Assembly (NCBI GenBank): GCA_030704615.1 | Contig: CM060732.1 | Location: forward strand, 6,944,001 to 7,008,000 | Reading direction: 5' to 3' | Length of the DNA: 64,000 nucleotides | Source of the DNA: Takakia lepidozioides | Taxonomy: Eukaryota > Plantae > Bryophyta | In this document: piece by piece, positions 50,801-63,654 of the stretch | Position numbering within the stretch: the first letter of the stretch is position 1 | Layout: every line of letters starts with the position of its first letter | Translations under genes and position numbers: made by a program | The notes under the pieces: model-generated | Told to the model about the DNA's origin: nothing | What the model saw: the letters and a program-made list of their open reading frames with translations, nothing else | Database searches by the model: none

Positions 50801-51158
50801 ACACATACGACCCATGCCCGCTTCCCATGCTGGTTTCCAGGTTACCGTGTGAAGTCTTTGCATTTAGGACAAACACATACATTTCGTTCACGGAACCAGG
50901 ACAAATGCACATGCCATTCATTGTAAGCGTCTATCTGTGAGTTGAAATAAAGTGTGTCAATCATTCTGAGCTCAAATCTGCCATATTTTCATATTCCTCT
51001 TTTTGTGCAGGCATTGCAGACATGGTGCATGGTGGCCCCCTTTGTTTTGTCCACGGTAATAGGCCCTCTTCCTGCAATCCTCGCCTATAGGACTCGCTTC
51101 TCCAGCAGATTTGTGCCGCTCATGCTTTGCAGCTACAATGTGAGCTTAGCTCCCAGGC

Positions 51159-52772
51159 TCACGGGGCTGGGCTCACGCCGTAGCTACGCTGTTTGGGAAA
51201 ATGTAGGTTGCGTGTATAGCAAAGTTGGTTGGGTTCAATGGCAGCTAATGGTGTTACCCCCCTGGGGAGTTGTAGAAGGGGGTGTTGTTGGTCAGGTGAC
51301 CTTTGCTGTGTGAGAATGAGGATAGTGGTGGAGGAGGGGGAGGAGTGGGCGGCAAAGCGCGCCCATTGAAGAGCCTCATGTGTGAGGGGCCCGGGTGGCG
51401 GGTGGGCAAGGCCATTGCCCGACCAGGTATGTTGGGTTGCGGAGCCTAGGGCTCCAAATACACAGTCGCGAGGGTGCAGGCTGTCATAGGAATCGAGCTC
51501 AATGGGACACATGAGTGGACTTGAGTAATAGGAGTGGGTAATCTGAAATGAGGTAATGAGAAACTTGAGGATGTTTGAGGGGATGGTGCTATGTATATAG
51601 GCTTGAGCTAGTTTGTCGAGGGTGTGGGGTTTTTTGGGAGGGGTGTCGCTTAGATATCTGTCAACAAGCCAACAGACTTCAGTGGCAAAGTCTTGCCTTG
51701 AGGGTTGTAGCTGGCTAGTGTGAGTGAGGGAGGCAGTATATCTGTCCCAGAGCCAGGCAATCCTTACATGAGAGATAGACCCGACAAAGCGACCATTGAC
51801 TGTGTAAATATTGGATATTGTACGGCTGGGGCATATGATGGGGAAGACTTGGTTAATATCTTTGTCTAGGTTACATTCAGTGATTGTTATATGAATATTT
51901 GGGGCGACTAATGGGTTGCGAATGTATCGGGCGTCCATCGGTTGGGATTGGGAGATATGGTGTTTGTGGGTGTGTGCCAAGTATTGGGTGTTAGTTGATT
52001 TATGGAATTTGGTGAGGAGGGTACGGTTGTGAGCAGGGTCACAGTCTTCATGGTTCCCGAAGAGGTCTTCTTCTATTTGCCAAGTGTTGTCTTCTACTAG
52101 GAAACCTGCCCATTTACATAGGTAGTATGTATCGACACACGTGGCGTCAAGGGAGGTTTGTGTTTTGATGCCTAGGATAGCCTCAATAACGAAGGCCTCG
52201 GGATGGTCAGGGTTGACTAAGTATGGGTTAGGTGGGAGGGAGGTGGGAGTTAGGGAGTTAGGGGGAGTAAATTGACAATAATTAGTTACGGGATTGGGAA
52301 GGAGAGAAGGGGGAGGAGAGAGGGGGATGCCTGGAGGAGGATCTACATGTGTGTTGTGTGAGGCTCTGAGTTGTTGGAGTATTGAGATAGCTGGCGTTGT
52401 TCTGAATTCTGGGAGGAGATCTTGCTGGTTATGTGGGAAGAGTGAGCATGAGAGGTCGCACTCAAGGGTACATGAGGCAGTCGGGTGACAGAATAGGGAG
52501 CGGAGGTGTAGCAGATATCTACGTGTCTTGATAGTGGCACGGGAGTGTTTCAGGGTAAATTGACTTGGGGTTAAGAATCGAGCACCAGTGGCTGTGGTGA
52601 GTTGGGTGAGGGTAGATATATGCCGAGCTTTGAAGTAGGCAAGAATGAGTTTTTTTTTACGCGGGTGCAAGGCTTCAAACTGTGAGGAAAAAGGGCTACG
52701 ATGCCAAGCACGTTCAAGTGGTGATATAGTGTTGGGGTATCCCGGTAAGTCAGTTTGTATGCTAATCTTCAT
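51159..52772 (-). pseudogene. LINE ORF2 C-terminal part: chromodomain and PCIF1-like methyltransferase fold
   Basis: FVIEAIL..YYLCKWAGFLVEDNTWQIEEDL (52005-52193). SFQITHSYYSSPLMC..YDSLHPRDCVFGALGS..WSGNGLAHPP (51303-51584). Confidence 0.7.
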
Positions 52773-52899
52773 TTGTCGAAGGGTAAACAGTGTGCGGGCG
52801 GTGGGGGAGTGGAGGCAAGACTGGGGTGGAGGGTGGGGAGGGAATATAGTCCATTATATTTAACAGCCAGGTGTTTAAGAAGTCCTCTAAAAATGAGCC

Positions 52900-53700
52900 C
52901 TAGGCGGCCGGGGTCGTTGAGGGCTTCTTGAAGTTGCGAGCCAAGGGTGCGGCATATGAGATAATTAAGGGGCTAGATCCTATTCCATAGCTGTCTTGTG
53001 GGAGCTGAGTGAGAGCGTTCGGAGTACTAGTGGGTAGGCCACAAATACGTTTGGTGAGTCTGATAATATTTTTGTCAAGTTGTTTGATGTCTGGTAGTGA
53101 GAATGGGGCCGCGTGGAAGGCGTATTGGACTTGTGGTTTGAGGACTGTTTGTATGATAGCTAGTTTGGGGCGGATGGAGACCGGGGATTTGAGAAGGGCC
53201 AGGCTTTTGTTGGTTAATTTAGAGAGTGTTGTGGCTTTCTGTATATGCCATTTGAGGGAGGGGATCCACTAGCTGGATGCCCAAATAAGTGTAGGGTTCG
53301 TCCGGGCCCAAGAATGGGAAGGGTTTTTGTTGGTAATGTATGTGAAGTTTGCAATGGGAGGCTATCGTGGATTCTGTGAACTTACTGTGGTGTGTGGTTG
53401 CGGTGACCGCACATTTGTGAAGGCTTAGCTCCATACCAGACCACTGGTTGAAGCGAGATAATCTGTCAACCTGACGATTGAGATGTTGGGGCTTGTGTGC
53501 AAGAATGGCAAGGTCGTCGGCATACGCAGCCGGATATTTCATTAGAAGAGGTTTTGTATTGGTATCCTAGGTTACCGCGAGCCAACCATCTTAGTAGGGG
53601 TTCAAGAAAAATGATGATAGGTAGGGGCTCAGTGTGTCACCTTGGATGGTGCCATGTAGTATGGGAATAGGAGGGGTAGAACCGTAGTAGGAACCGGAGT
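52900..53700 (-). pseudogene. LINE reverse transcriptase, C-terminal motifs only (N-terminal RT motifs deleted)
   Basis: HGTIQGDTLSPYL, AAYADDLAILA, SGMELSLHKC and YTYLGI. Confidence 0.88.
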
Positions 53701-53950
53701 ATTCTGTGGTGCTGGCTTTGTGGGCTCTTTTAGGGTGTTCATGTAATAGTTTGCCAAAGGAGGCAATGAATTTTTTGTGATTGGCAGTGGCTTTTTGTTT
53801 TGTAATAATATAGGCAGTTTTTTTTGCATCCCGACCGATCTTGGAGACGGATGCGGTCCATTGGGGAAGAGACGTTGAGTCCTCAGGTGGGGGCATAAGT
53901 GATTGGCATACAATTAAGGTGTTTAAACAGGTTATGCGGCGGTCAGGTCT

Positions 53951-55160
53951 CTAGTTGTTATATGACGGGGACGAAGAGGGGGGTATAACGGCGAGAGCTC
54001 GTCGTATGGTATGGTAGATGTCAAGGTAGGAGGTCCATTCTTGTTTCTGCGTCCTGGTGAGGTAGCCTCGTTTTGCTTTGAGCGAGTGGTTTGGGGAAGA
54101 TCTGGGGGGGGCTGAGCATGTGGCTAGGACACTTTTAGTCATTTCTAGTACCGTAGAGGTAAGTGTGATTTCGGCTTCGGCCCAGGCGGCCTCAGGGGAT
54201 AAAAGTATATTAGTGTCGGAGAGTGTATGGGAGAATTTGTGTATGAAGGTAGAGGAGGCTGAGTGAAAATGGCTCTCAAACACCTTGATGTTGCATTGGG
54301 GAATGGGTGAGAGAATTCTGGGTTGAGGGGGCGGGGTATGTACATCGGGAATGGGACGACATGGTATAAGGGATGGGGGGAGGGAAATAGACACCGGGTA
54401 ATGGTCTGAGTTGCATAGACTATTGATATGAACGTGGCTTTGAAGGTATGTTGGGATTACATTACCTGTTCTGAGGTAGAAGCCATCAAGTAGGCTTAAA
54501 GAGGAGTAGCGAAGACCCCCCTGTCTGGAATAGTGATAGTCGGCAGGGATATATTTAAGTTTTAGGAGTTGGGTGAATGTAGCCCATTCGTGATCCACAG
54601 AGGAGGGGGGTTTGTGGGTTCCGTTATATGGGTGACCCAACAATGCGATATCTCTGTTAAAGTTGCCAGCTAGGATGACGTGGTGGTGTGGGTAATCTGG
54701 ATGATAAACTGTGTGGGAGATAGTGTGTAGTATGTCAGGTATGAGGGGGAGGTCGTCTGTATGAGAAGGCATATATAAGTGTATGGGAGTGATGGGGCAC
54801 AGTGCCGGTGGGTGTAGCTGGATTATTTGAAGGTGGGATCGGATGGGGATAGGGACGGTTATCTTGGTAGTAGTGTTGGGAGAGTGGTGTGTACGAAGGA
54901 TACCAAGTGCCACGCCGCCCCTAGTGGGTTTGTATGGTGCGGAGCGACGCAAGAGACATTGCTGGGCAATTAAGGGGTTACCATATAGGAGGTGGTAGTC
55001 GGGTAGTAGATTATTTATATAAGAGCTGCTGGTATTGTTGGTGTGCAGCTTGGTTTCTTGCAAGTGGAAAATATGTGGTTGTGATGTGTTGGAGAAAAGG
55101 TGGAGCAAACTTTGTATGCTGGTAGTCAGGGAGCCCACGTTCCATGAAGTGATATTAAGT
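53951..55160 (-). pseudogene. LINE apurinic-like endonuclease domain
   Basis: SWNVGSL, LQETKL, GGVALGI, LYMPS, ILAGNFN, LLDGFY and SDHYPV. Confidence 0.9.
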
Positions 55161-57797
55161 GCCTTGGAGCAAGCCTCGGGGGTGGTGGGAGTGTGGCTGG
55201 GCGGGGGGGGGGGGCAGGTGAGGGTTCCTCGGTATGGGATCTAACAGTTGGGGGATCATAGCCGGGTATCGGGGTAACTGCATTAAGTGTGGCGGCCAGG
55301 ATATCCGTGGAGAGGAAGGGGAATTTGTTAATGAGCTGGTGGTCTTGGTCGGGTGTGGTGACCGTTGCTAGGTGGTCCCCTAGGATATTATGTACAACCC
55401 CGGTTTGAGAGTCTAAAAGTTTGAGGGAGTTATGGATCTCGGATAAGCAGTGGGGGGGGGGGGGGGGGGCAATAGCTCTTTTAATTGACGTAGGAGGGAT
55501 CGGATTTGGGAGATTGAAAGATATCCATTACATGTCTCTGGGAGAGGGGAGATGATGACGACAAGGGAGAAAAAGAGCTGTGATGCGGTAAAAGTTTTGA
55601 GTTTGCAGAGGGCTTTAGTAAGTGCTGGGTAGCAGTTGGAGGGTAGCCCAAAAGTTACAATGTGGTGTGTGGGTGTATATTCGGAGTTTTGACAATTTGG
55701 GAAGAAAGGTGTGAAGTGGTCTAGAATGTGACGGTAGCTACGTACGAGTGAGATGGTGTTCGGCTGAAAGTATAGGGCATATATGTCTTGTGCATCCGTG
55801 GATAGGTTGCTGATAATTTCATTAATAGTGACCGGTCCTGGGTTCGGGTGAATATCACCACACCGTAATAGGATTAGGTTGAGGCACGTATTTATATATG
55901 CATTATTAAGAGCAGGGGGGTGGTGGTAGTAATGTTTACATTTTGCTGGGTGTAGGTGATATCGACCATATGGGCCACGAATGAGGGGATTAGATTGGCG
56001 GCCTATATGATGGAGTGCCTTGATGTGCTAAGGGCTGGGGAATGGTGGAGAGGGTTGTCGGGTAGGATAGGGAGTAGTGGAGCTTGTAGCAGTTGAATAC
56101 ATGGCCTAGAGAAAATACCGGAAATGGGTTGGTTGGGAAATCCTTTTGGAGTACCTTAACGGCCATCTTACTAGGCTAGGGATTGACATGGGTAGTGGCA
56201 CATTATAAAGGTGTGGATAGCATGAGTCAGCATAGGTTGGGGAGGTAAACTAAAATTGGAGTAGCGGTCTGGCCGGGTAGAGCATAATATTGTATAGAGG
56301 GAGTGTTCATATGGGGTATAGTGTACATATGGCGTATTGTATGAAGGTACCATAATTGAGATGTGGGTTGGGTTGGGGTTTTCAAAGTGGATATTGGATG
56401 TAAATTAGGCGTCCGGTGCGGATGAATGATCACGGATGAAGTTATGGAGGAGAGTGTCAATGTATGGATCAAGTGACGGTTAAATATTGCCTTATGGCAA
56501 GAGCGGGAGGGTCTAGTTGAGGTTAGTTTCCACATAAAGTAGGCTTTCATACCCAGATACAAAAAGTTAGTTGTGGCGCTGGCTTTCTTTGTTTCCCGGG
56601 CCAAATCGACTTTTATGGACCTCATGCATTGTGATATTGTCGCGGCCCTTTGCCTTGAGGGCAGGGGGGGTCGGGACACAAGAGGGGCTGCCCCTGTGGT
56701 GAGGGCAATGGCAGCAATAGGTATGGGGGGGCTGAAGCACCCTTGAGTGCCCAAGGCACTCAAGGAGGCGGAGGCGCTCACTACGTGGAGCCCCGCACAC
56801 CGGGTTACGGTGGGGGTGGCTCCACAAGGGGTGGTGGTAGCTTAGCGGGACTTAGTGGGGGTGGCATAGGACTCACCCTGGGGCGGAGACCTCGTGGTGG
56901 GAGTCGTGGGGAGTCTTGGGACTCATCACGGTCCATAGGGGCTGTGGTGGGTGGGCCAAGACTCACCGCGACTCATCACCGGGAGTCGAGGGTGTTCGTG
57001 GTGGTTCGCCATAAAATGGCATGGTTGTTTATGAAACCCCCGCGGATAGCTACAAAAGTATATATAGGGAGTAGTAACCCCGAGAACGGTGCAAGCCCGT
57101 TGGTGACCAAAAACTAGTGAGTAAGCGAGCGAGCCGGAAAGCGACCAAAGAGTGGGGAGCTGTTCCGGACTGCCAACTACCAAAGGGAATTCCGCTGGTT
57201 CCAAATCATTGGAGGGTTCTTTGGGAGATCAAAGGGGGACCGTTATGCCCCGGTGAGCAGCCGAAGCTCCAAGTTGGCCCGGCGGCCAGGTTGGGAGTTA
57301 GGCGCGCGCATAAAGCGAAGTGAGGTGCGCGACAGATATGCCATTCGGCAGTCCAGATTGCAATTTCCATTTGTCATAGTTCAAAGCTTGGGTGGGGTCT
57401 TCCTGGAGTATGGACGCCAGCTCCCTGTACAACGTTTTATTTTTCTAATATATGGTGTCTTGTCCCGAGGAGTCCAGCTTCCCTGTGGCTGGGTTGGCGG
57501 CATTACGGGAGTGTGGAAAGTCACTGCAGCTTAAACTGAACCGTTCATCTTGTGTTGTAGCTCCAGTTCCTTCGGCTGGTGTCACATGAGCTTCAGCTCG
57601 TAGTTCCAATCTGATGATCAGAGGAGCTTTTTCTAAGTAGGTCGCACATTGGTGGAGTGCAGGAAGGCCTCATGGTGTTGGTGGGCAACTCGATATACAT
57701 TTACACTGCCCATACTCTCCCCTGGTAAGTTTCGATTTTGCTTACGCCATTGTTTGCCTACCAGCGGTTGTGTTAGGGTGGCATTTGGTACAACTGC

Positions 57798-58055
57798 AGC
57801 AAAATCTTCAAGCATCGTATTCCACGACACCGTATCTCATACAGCCATAGCGTCAAACACTCCCTTTGCATCCTCGATGCACCCACATTTTGCATACATG
57901 TCCACGAGGATATTGTTCATAATGACAGTTGGTACAATTCCAGCTTTGAAGATGTCGCCATGGACCTCTATGCCCTTTTCCAGATCTGCCAGGGAAGTGT
58001 GCAGAATGACAATTGGAACAACTACGGCTTTGATGATGTCATCAGGTACAGCTTT
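57798..58055 (-). pseudogene. PLS-class pentatricopeptide repeat (PPR) gene fragment
   Basis: LADLEKGIEVHGDIFKAGIVPTVIMNNILVDMYAKCGCIEDAKGVFDAMAV*DTVSWNTML. Confidence 0.85.
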
Positions 58056-59155
58056 GTGGGTGTAAAATATATCACAATATGGTGTTTGAGTGTTGGGGAT
58101 GGAGAGGAAGCCAGCCCAGGGGGGCAGCAGTTGAGCAAGTATGCCTATTAGGTGGGCTATACCACTAGGGCTGCCGTTTATGAAGTGAGCATATCACCCC
58201 TGCCACATAGCAATTTTGCTTCATGTATGTATCAAAAATAAGGGGGGGGCAGTACCTGGTTTGCTGGGATAGTGAGCCTGTTCGATTTGCTACTGGCCTA
58301 TTGACCAGCACATACCTGAAGTTGTGTGGAGGAAATTGCACAGTGGGATGCCACGAGTCCATGTTGAAAAACACAAAGATGAGGGAGCTGATGTAATGAT
58401 GAAGACAGGCCGTCGGGAGCTTGGATAGCACGGTGTTTCCAGATCTGATAAACAAAGTGAGAGCTTAAATGGCCAACCCCTATATCATGCATAGTCACTT
58501 CCTTGGATGCCTCATCTTGTCGGGTTGAAGCAGCCATGCAGGTTCCATGCTTGCTAGTCAATGCTAGCTGAGATATCCAGCGCACATACATAAAGGTGGT
58601 CAGACCTGTGGGTTGTTGTGGAGTGCCATGACATGGCTGAATAGTAGAAAGATACGTGGGGACCTTTGGCACGGAAAGATGATGCACGGTTGTTAGTACA
58701 ATTAAGCCACTGGTGGTAGATGGGAAATGAGGAGGGCGGGCAGATCTGAAGATGTCATTTTCATGTTGGATGGGTCTCAAGATCATGTGCGGCAGGACAT
58801 TGTAAGGTGAAGAATCCATACTTGAATCTGCAGCCATGGCATGTGGCATTGAATATATATGGTCAGGTTGGTGATAATTGTACGAGATGATGTGGCAGGT
58901 GCGTAGGCTTTTGTGATATCTCTGAGCGAGTGCTGGTAGACTGTGGGGATCTGTTTTTGCAGCCTTGAGAGCTGCTTCCAGCCTCTTCACCTGTTTTTGA
59001 AGTGCTCCAATTAGCTTCGCAGCTCTATCATGGTGCACGCTGTCTTGCTGCTCTTGAGATGAGGTGTGCCAACCATTCTCTCCACCGGACATCATGTATG
59101 TGGGTTTGTTTCTTTGTGCCTTTGCCATTAGGGAGTTTTCAGGTAGCCCCATTGC

Positions 59156-61018
59156 CTACATAAATTCTTGGGGGTCGTTGCCTGGGAGCTCTGACTGTTT
59201 AGGGTCTTCCATGAGTAGCTCAGCTGGTATCCTGGGGTGTGATTTGCAAGAGGGTCTGTGTTGGTTGTCTGTTTTCTTTGTCAGTTTACTTGTTGTGGTG
59301 GATTGATTAATTATTTTGTAATTGTGTGCTAGTGTGGAATTGTGACTGGTGTGTGCAACAGGTAGGTTTCTTGTTACCAGCCATCCCGCACTGGTGTTAC
59401 TACTATGAGCTACTGTCCTTGGCCTGCCATGATTTGTATTCAGACACCTGTGAGCGCATGCGTGGGGAGGCGGTTCTTTCCATGAGAGGTGGGCACTTGA
59501 AAGCCATGCAATTGTTTGGAAGTCAATGATAAGGGCAGGCGCATCTGATATGCATCTGTAGCATTGGTTACTCCACATAGAACTTTGAATGATCCATACT
59601 TGTCCATCAACACAGGGTGTTAATTGCATATCTGGGTTAAAGTGGATGGACTTGTTCGAGCATTTATCCAAGAGTTGCCTATCCCAGATTGCTGCCACTT
59701 TGCTATGCTGGGCGCTTATGTGATGTCCAAGGGGCTCGACAAATTTTCGAGCATGGCGATTCACTCGTAACTTTAGGGTAAGGGGGAGGTCCTTGTGGTT
59801 TGCCATTTCTTTTGGATCCATGCTATAGATTTTTTGTTTGGACAAGTTCAGCTGCTTAGTGTATGCCTGTGACAGTGACACCGACGGTTGGTAGAAATTG
59901 TCCAGGCTATGCTTGATCCTTGGCCCTGCGTCTCTTTGAGTAATAATAACATAACACACGGGCCCCGTGCATTTCCTTATTTGTTTATCCTTTGTTGCGA
60001 CTGGTAGCTGTGTGAGCTCTCTAGACATTTGTGTTGTTGAATTGATACAAGTTGTTGGAATTGTTATAGCGTAATGTTTGTTTGGGTTCCGGGCATAGAA
60101 ATTGGCCCTGGGTGAGTGCACTGCACAAGTGGAAGGTGACTGGGCAGGGGCCTCAAGGCAAAGCATTACATTTGGATCCTTGATATTGTTATTTGTAGGG
60201 CTTGGTAGAGAGGAGAGTTTGGCTGCTGGCGTTTGCAAACTCAGTTGCTCTGACCACTGCTTATATTTCAATGTCTTTACAAGTTCCGCCCAATTGCCTG
60301 GTTTGGGAAAAGCATTTGGACAAGGGCGCATGCCTTTTCTACCTTGTTGGGGATGAGGGGGTATAGTCCATATCGGCAAACGGAGTGGGTGCTTGTGGCA
60401 CTTGATATTCCAATGTGTGACCTCTCCTCTCAATGGTTGATTTGGGTGGCAGCAAATTAGTGTGGTGATGATGACAGGGGGTGGCAGTGGCAACTCATTG
60501 TGGTGATGTGGGGTTGGGCTACCTATGATATAATGAGGTCTACCAATGTCATTGGCATTTTGGTGGTGTGTAATTTTTGGCAATTTGTGTGCAAGGGTTG
60601 ATGGTGTATTTTGCTGTAACAACAGCCCACACTCGTTCATGTGCGACCTGGGAGTTGATATGAGTGTTTTGGCACATACCACTGCCCCTGGACTAGCGAG
60701 GATTCCCCCTTTGACAGCTGCCGCAGAGGTTATCGCAGGGGGCATACCAATGCTTAGATTTGGTACGGGAGCTATGGGTTTATAGCTTACTAGAAGCAGG
60801 CTGGGCTTTGGGGTGATCGGAGTTATTACTCTGGATTTTGAAGCTAGTAAAGCTGCCACTGGCCATTGTGCTTGCGTGTCTTTGTGTAGTGACCAATGCC
60901 ATGACTTATATATTTTAGTTTCGGGTTGGCCTGTTATGGTGGACCTGACATGATGAGGCAGTGGGCCCAAGTAGAGGCAGGGTGTGCATGGGCTCCTTGA
61001 AGAGCATGGGATTCTCAT
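59156..61018 (-). CDS. Long ORF of unknown function (620 aa), possibly from a degraded retroelement
   Basis: 1.86 kb without a stop, followed in frame by ORF 58298-59152. No motif recognised. Confidence 0.3.
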   Translation of the reverse strand: MRIPCSSRSPCTPCLYLGPLPHHVRSTITGQPETKIYKSWHWSLHKDTQAQWPVAALLASKSRVITPITPKPSLLLVSYKPIAPVPNLSIGMPPAITSAAAVKGGILASPGAVVCAKTLISTPRSHMNECGLLLQQNTPSTLAHKLPKITHHQNANDIGRPHYIIGSPTPHHHNELPLPPPVIITTLICCHPNQPLRGEVTHWNIKCHKHPLRLPIWTIPPHPQQGRKGMRPCPNAFPKPGNWAELVKTLKYKQWSEQLSLQTPAAKLSSLPSPTNNNIKDPNVMLCLEAPAQSPSTCAVHSPRANFYARNPNKHYAITIPTTCINSTTQMSRELTQLPVATKDKQIRKCTGPVCYVIITQRDAGPRIKHSLDNFYQPSVSLSQAYTKQLNLSKQKIYSMDPKEMANHKDLPLTLKLRVNRHARKFVEPLGHHISAQHSKVAAIWDRQLLDKCSNKSIHFNPDMQLTPCVDGQVWIIQSSMWSNQCYRCISDAPALIIDFQTIAWLSSAHLSWKEPPPHACAHRCLNTNHGRPRTVAHSSNTSAGWLVTRNLPVAHTSHNSTLAHNYKIINQSTTTSKLTKKTDNQHRPSCKSHPRIPAELLMEDPKQSELPGNDPQEFM

Positions 61019-61932
61019 GATGGGATTGACATGAATTGCCCAGTGGTTTGTGTCGGGTCTTGATAACTGCTAAAGGCTACGTGAACTTGCGAGTGACCAA
61101 TACTGAGACAGCCTGGGTCTTGCAAACCAGCGCAGGTGTACTATAAGAAATGGGAAATTCTGCAGGGATCTGGTCTTGGGAGCTGCTCTTGGTCTGAGCT
61201 ATGTCAGGGTTTCCATAGTGCAATAGGGCTCTTTGGGAATTGAACATGGTCTTGGCAGCCACGCTGTTATAATTTGATGAGTCGTTTTGTGTGCCATGTG
61301 CATATAGTGACATATACTCTTTGTTGTGGCACAGGCTGTTTTGTAGATGTCTTGTAGATTGAGCATTGGTACTGGCCCGTATGCTGTTGGGCATTTGTGA
61401 GTCTTTCGAGACACTTTGTAATGTAGAAAAAATAAACATGACCAAAATGAGTCTTACAAGGTAGTAGTACCTTCCGAATGAATTCTCACTACAATGCAGT
61501 CTGCTACAAACTTCTAGCATACAGGCACACCGACTTTCTGTGCGGTGTTTACTCATGTGGTGTGTGTGCTAGCTGGCCATTGGTCATAGTGTACATTTGT
61601 ACTTCCATTGTTGGCTGTCCAACTATAGAGAAAGTGCTGGGCCCCCCTATCACGTGTGGTATTACTGAGCCACCGGCACTGGCATCAGGGAGCTGGTAGT
61701 TGAGCGGCACCATTTCGTAGTTCGATTCTCCCGATGCCTTGGCAAGGTTAGTGATTGTGGCAATTTGGTTGTCATCCAAGGGGAGAACAGCCCCCAAGTA
61801 TTCTGGCAGCTTGCCAAGAGAAGCGTTTGCATGTGTCTAGAAGCTGTGCAGATTTTGTGCCAAGTTGTCCGCAATTGATTTCCTCATTTTGAGCATGTTG
61901 ACAGGAGGGAGAAAGCTTGGATAAATCGGTTT

Positions 61933-63654
61933 TTGAGGCTAGACATGTCTCCCTTGACGGAGGAGCACCGTTCCATGTGTCTTGCGTGGAAGCGTGCTCC
62001 TACCTTGGATGATGCAGAGACACAATTTGCATGTATATGGGCTTGGTGGACAACGTCAGGTGCTGTAAAGAAATCAGACGAGGGAGCAATGGTCAGTTGG
62101 CTAACATGGTTGCATTATTGTTTCCTCCAATTCGGCGACTATATGCGGGAGGTGAGCTGGACGAATTTGCGTCCCGTTGAATATTATGCTAGTCATTATT
62201 TGTAACTTGCTTGTAACCTCAGTATGTGCGTGTGCAGGAAATGTGTCTAGACTCCGACACCAACATGCCGACAACAAACATGGCCGAATCAGTACATTCT
62301 TCCTGGCGTGCCTCCTCTGCGGCGCATCTGGTGGACATCCTCACTGCCACAACGGAGGACATTTTGAGGTCAATTATGCAGCAATGCAAGTACAACGAGT
62401 TCTTGAAAGGGAAACAGTGGGGCTTGGGGCCGGACATGCATGAAATGCTGATGCGGACTGCCTCCAGATCGAAGAATCCTCGGAAGTGGGCGGCAGCCTT
62501 GCGAGATGGCCTTTGAGACACGCCATTGCTTCGAAGAGGCCAACACTTGGAAGGAGATGTTCACACCCGTCCAGTGAGACGAAGACTTGACAAGGCACCT
62601 AGCGGAGAAGAGGATTCATGGCGAGTTGACAAGAATATTCGCACGCTCCCTCGTGGTCCCGTGATGTTGCCCGAGGAGGTATCGTCGAACACCGCAAGTC
62701 CTGCACGTTCAAGATCGCCATCTCTTTTGAGCACAGGGCACGTGCCCGAGGAACATAACGAGCCATCTGTAGTAACGCAATATAACATACCCATTGTGGA
62801 GACAAGAGTGTCGGAGTCATAGTGGAGAATTGCAAGGACATTGCCGGCATTTTGAGGGAGTGCTGCGCCATCCGGGTGGATACGAGAGTACGCTGTGGTG
62901 AGATGATTCGGAGGAACCCACACGGTGCTGTACCTGTACCTTGTTTCAGCGGCAGATTTTCGACTCCCAGATTTTCTCACGCCACAACGCAAATGTTTTC
63001 GTTCTGTAGGCACGACATAATGACTTGTGTATTTGACAAGCCCAAGTATGGGATTCAGGGAATGCCGGAGCCTCCGGACGTCTGGCCTGTTGCACTGGGT
63101 TGCAACCTCTCTCAGAATGAGGCGGATGCTCTTTCTGCAGCAGGATTTCGAATGGTGCAATGCACAGACGTCCCGGCCCACCCATTTCCAGTTCCTTAGA
63201 CCCAGCCATTGCAGACTGCTCGGTCCAGTAGAGACGGATTGGACAATTCTGCACATCCCACAATGCGATTCGGAAGAGTGAAGAGACGACACCCTCCCAA
63301 CAAGTTGAATGAGACTCGGATTGCCAATGCTCTTGGGATGCTTGCACTATTCAGAGCTCCGTGGACGTACCCGTACCCGGCCTTGGGCGTGTTTATCGGA
63401 TGGCAACGGCCGGCTCAGCTGTGCGCGACGACTTATACACAATTACAATCGGAGTGGAGCCGACTTGCAATTGTACGGACTTCTCGTTGATGGAAGCAAA
63501 GAAGGGGTCAAAGTATTATCCGTGCAAGCATCTGTATTACATTTACCTGAAGAGGTTGAGGATGAACTTGACTATTGATGACTTTGTTCATGCACTAGCA
63601 TTGAGCGTGAACGAGCTGCACAAACTCCTCCGTCGGGATTCCAGATATCATTGA
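61933..63654 (+). pseudogene. Family B MULE transposase, 3' half
   Basis: Intron 62152-62237 is at the same position as in family A. TTNMAESVHSSW and SWIM PTCNCTDF..CKH. In-frame stops. Confidence 0.88.

Larger units (their letters stand above)
51159..56000 (-). mobile_element. Non-LTR retrotransposon (LINE) ORF2 region, degraded
   Basis: APE endonuclease, RT motifs and a C-terminal extension in the expected order. Strong strand bias. Confidence 0.85.

Noticed and set aside
56171-57540. LINE ORF1
   Set aside because: The position is plausible, but only broken frames without a clear RRM or zinc knuckle are visible.
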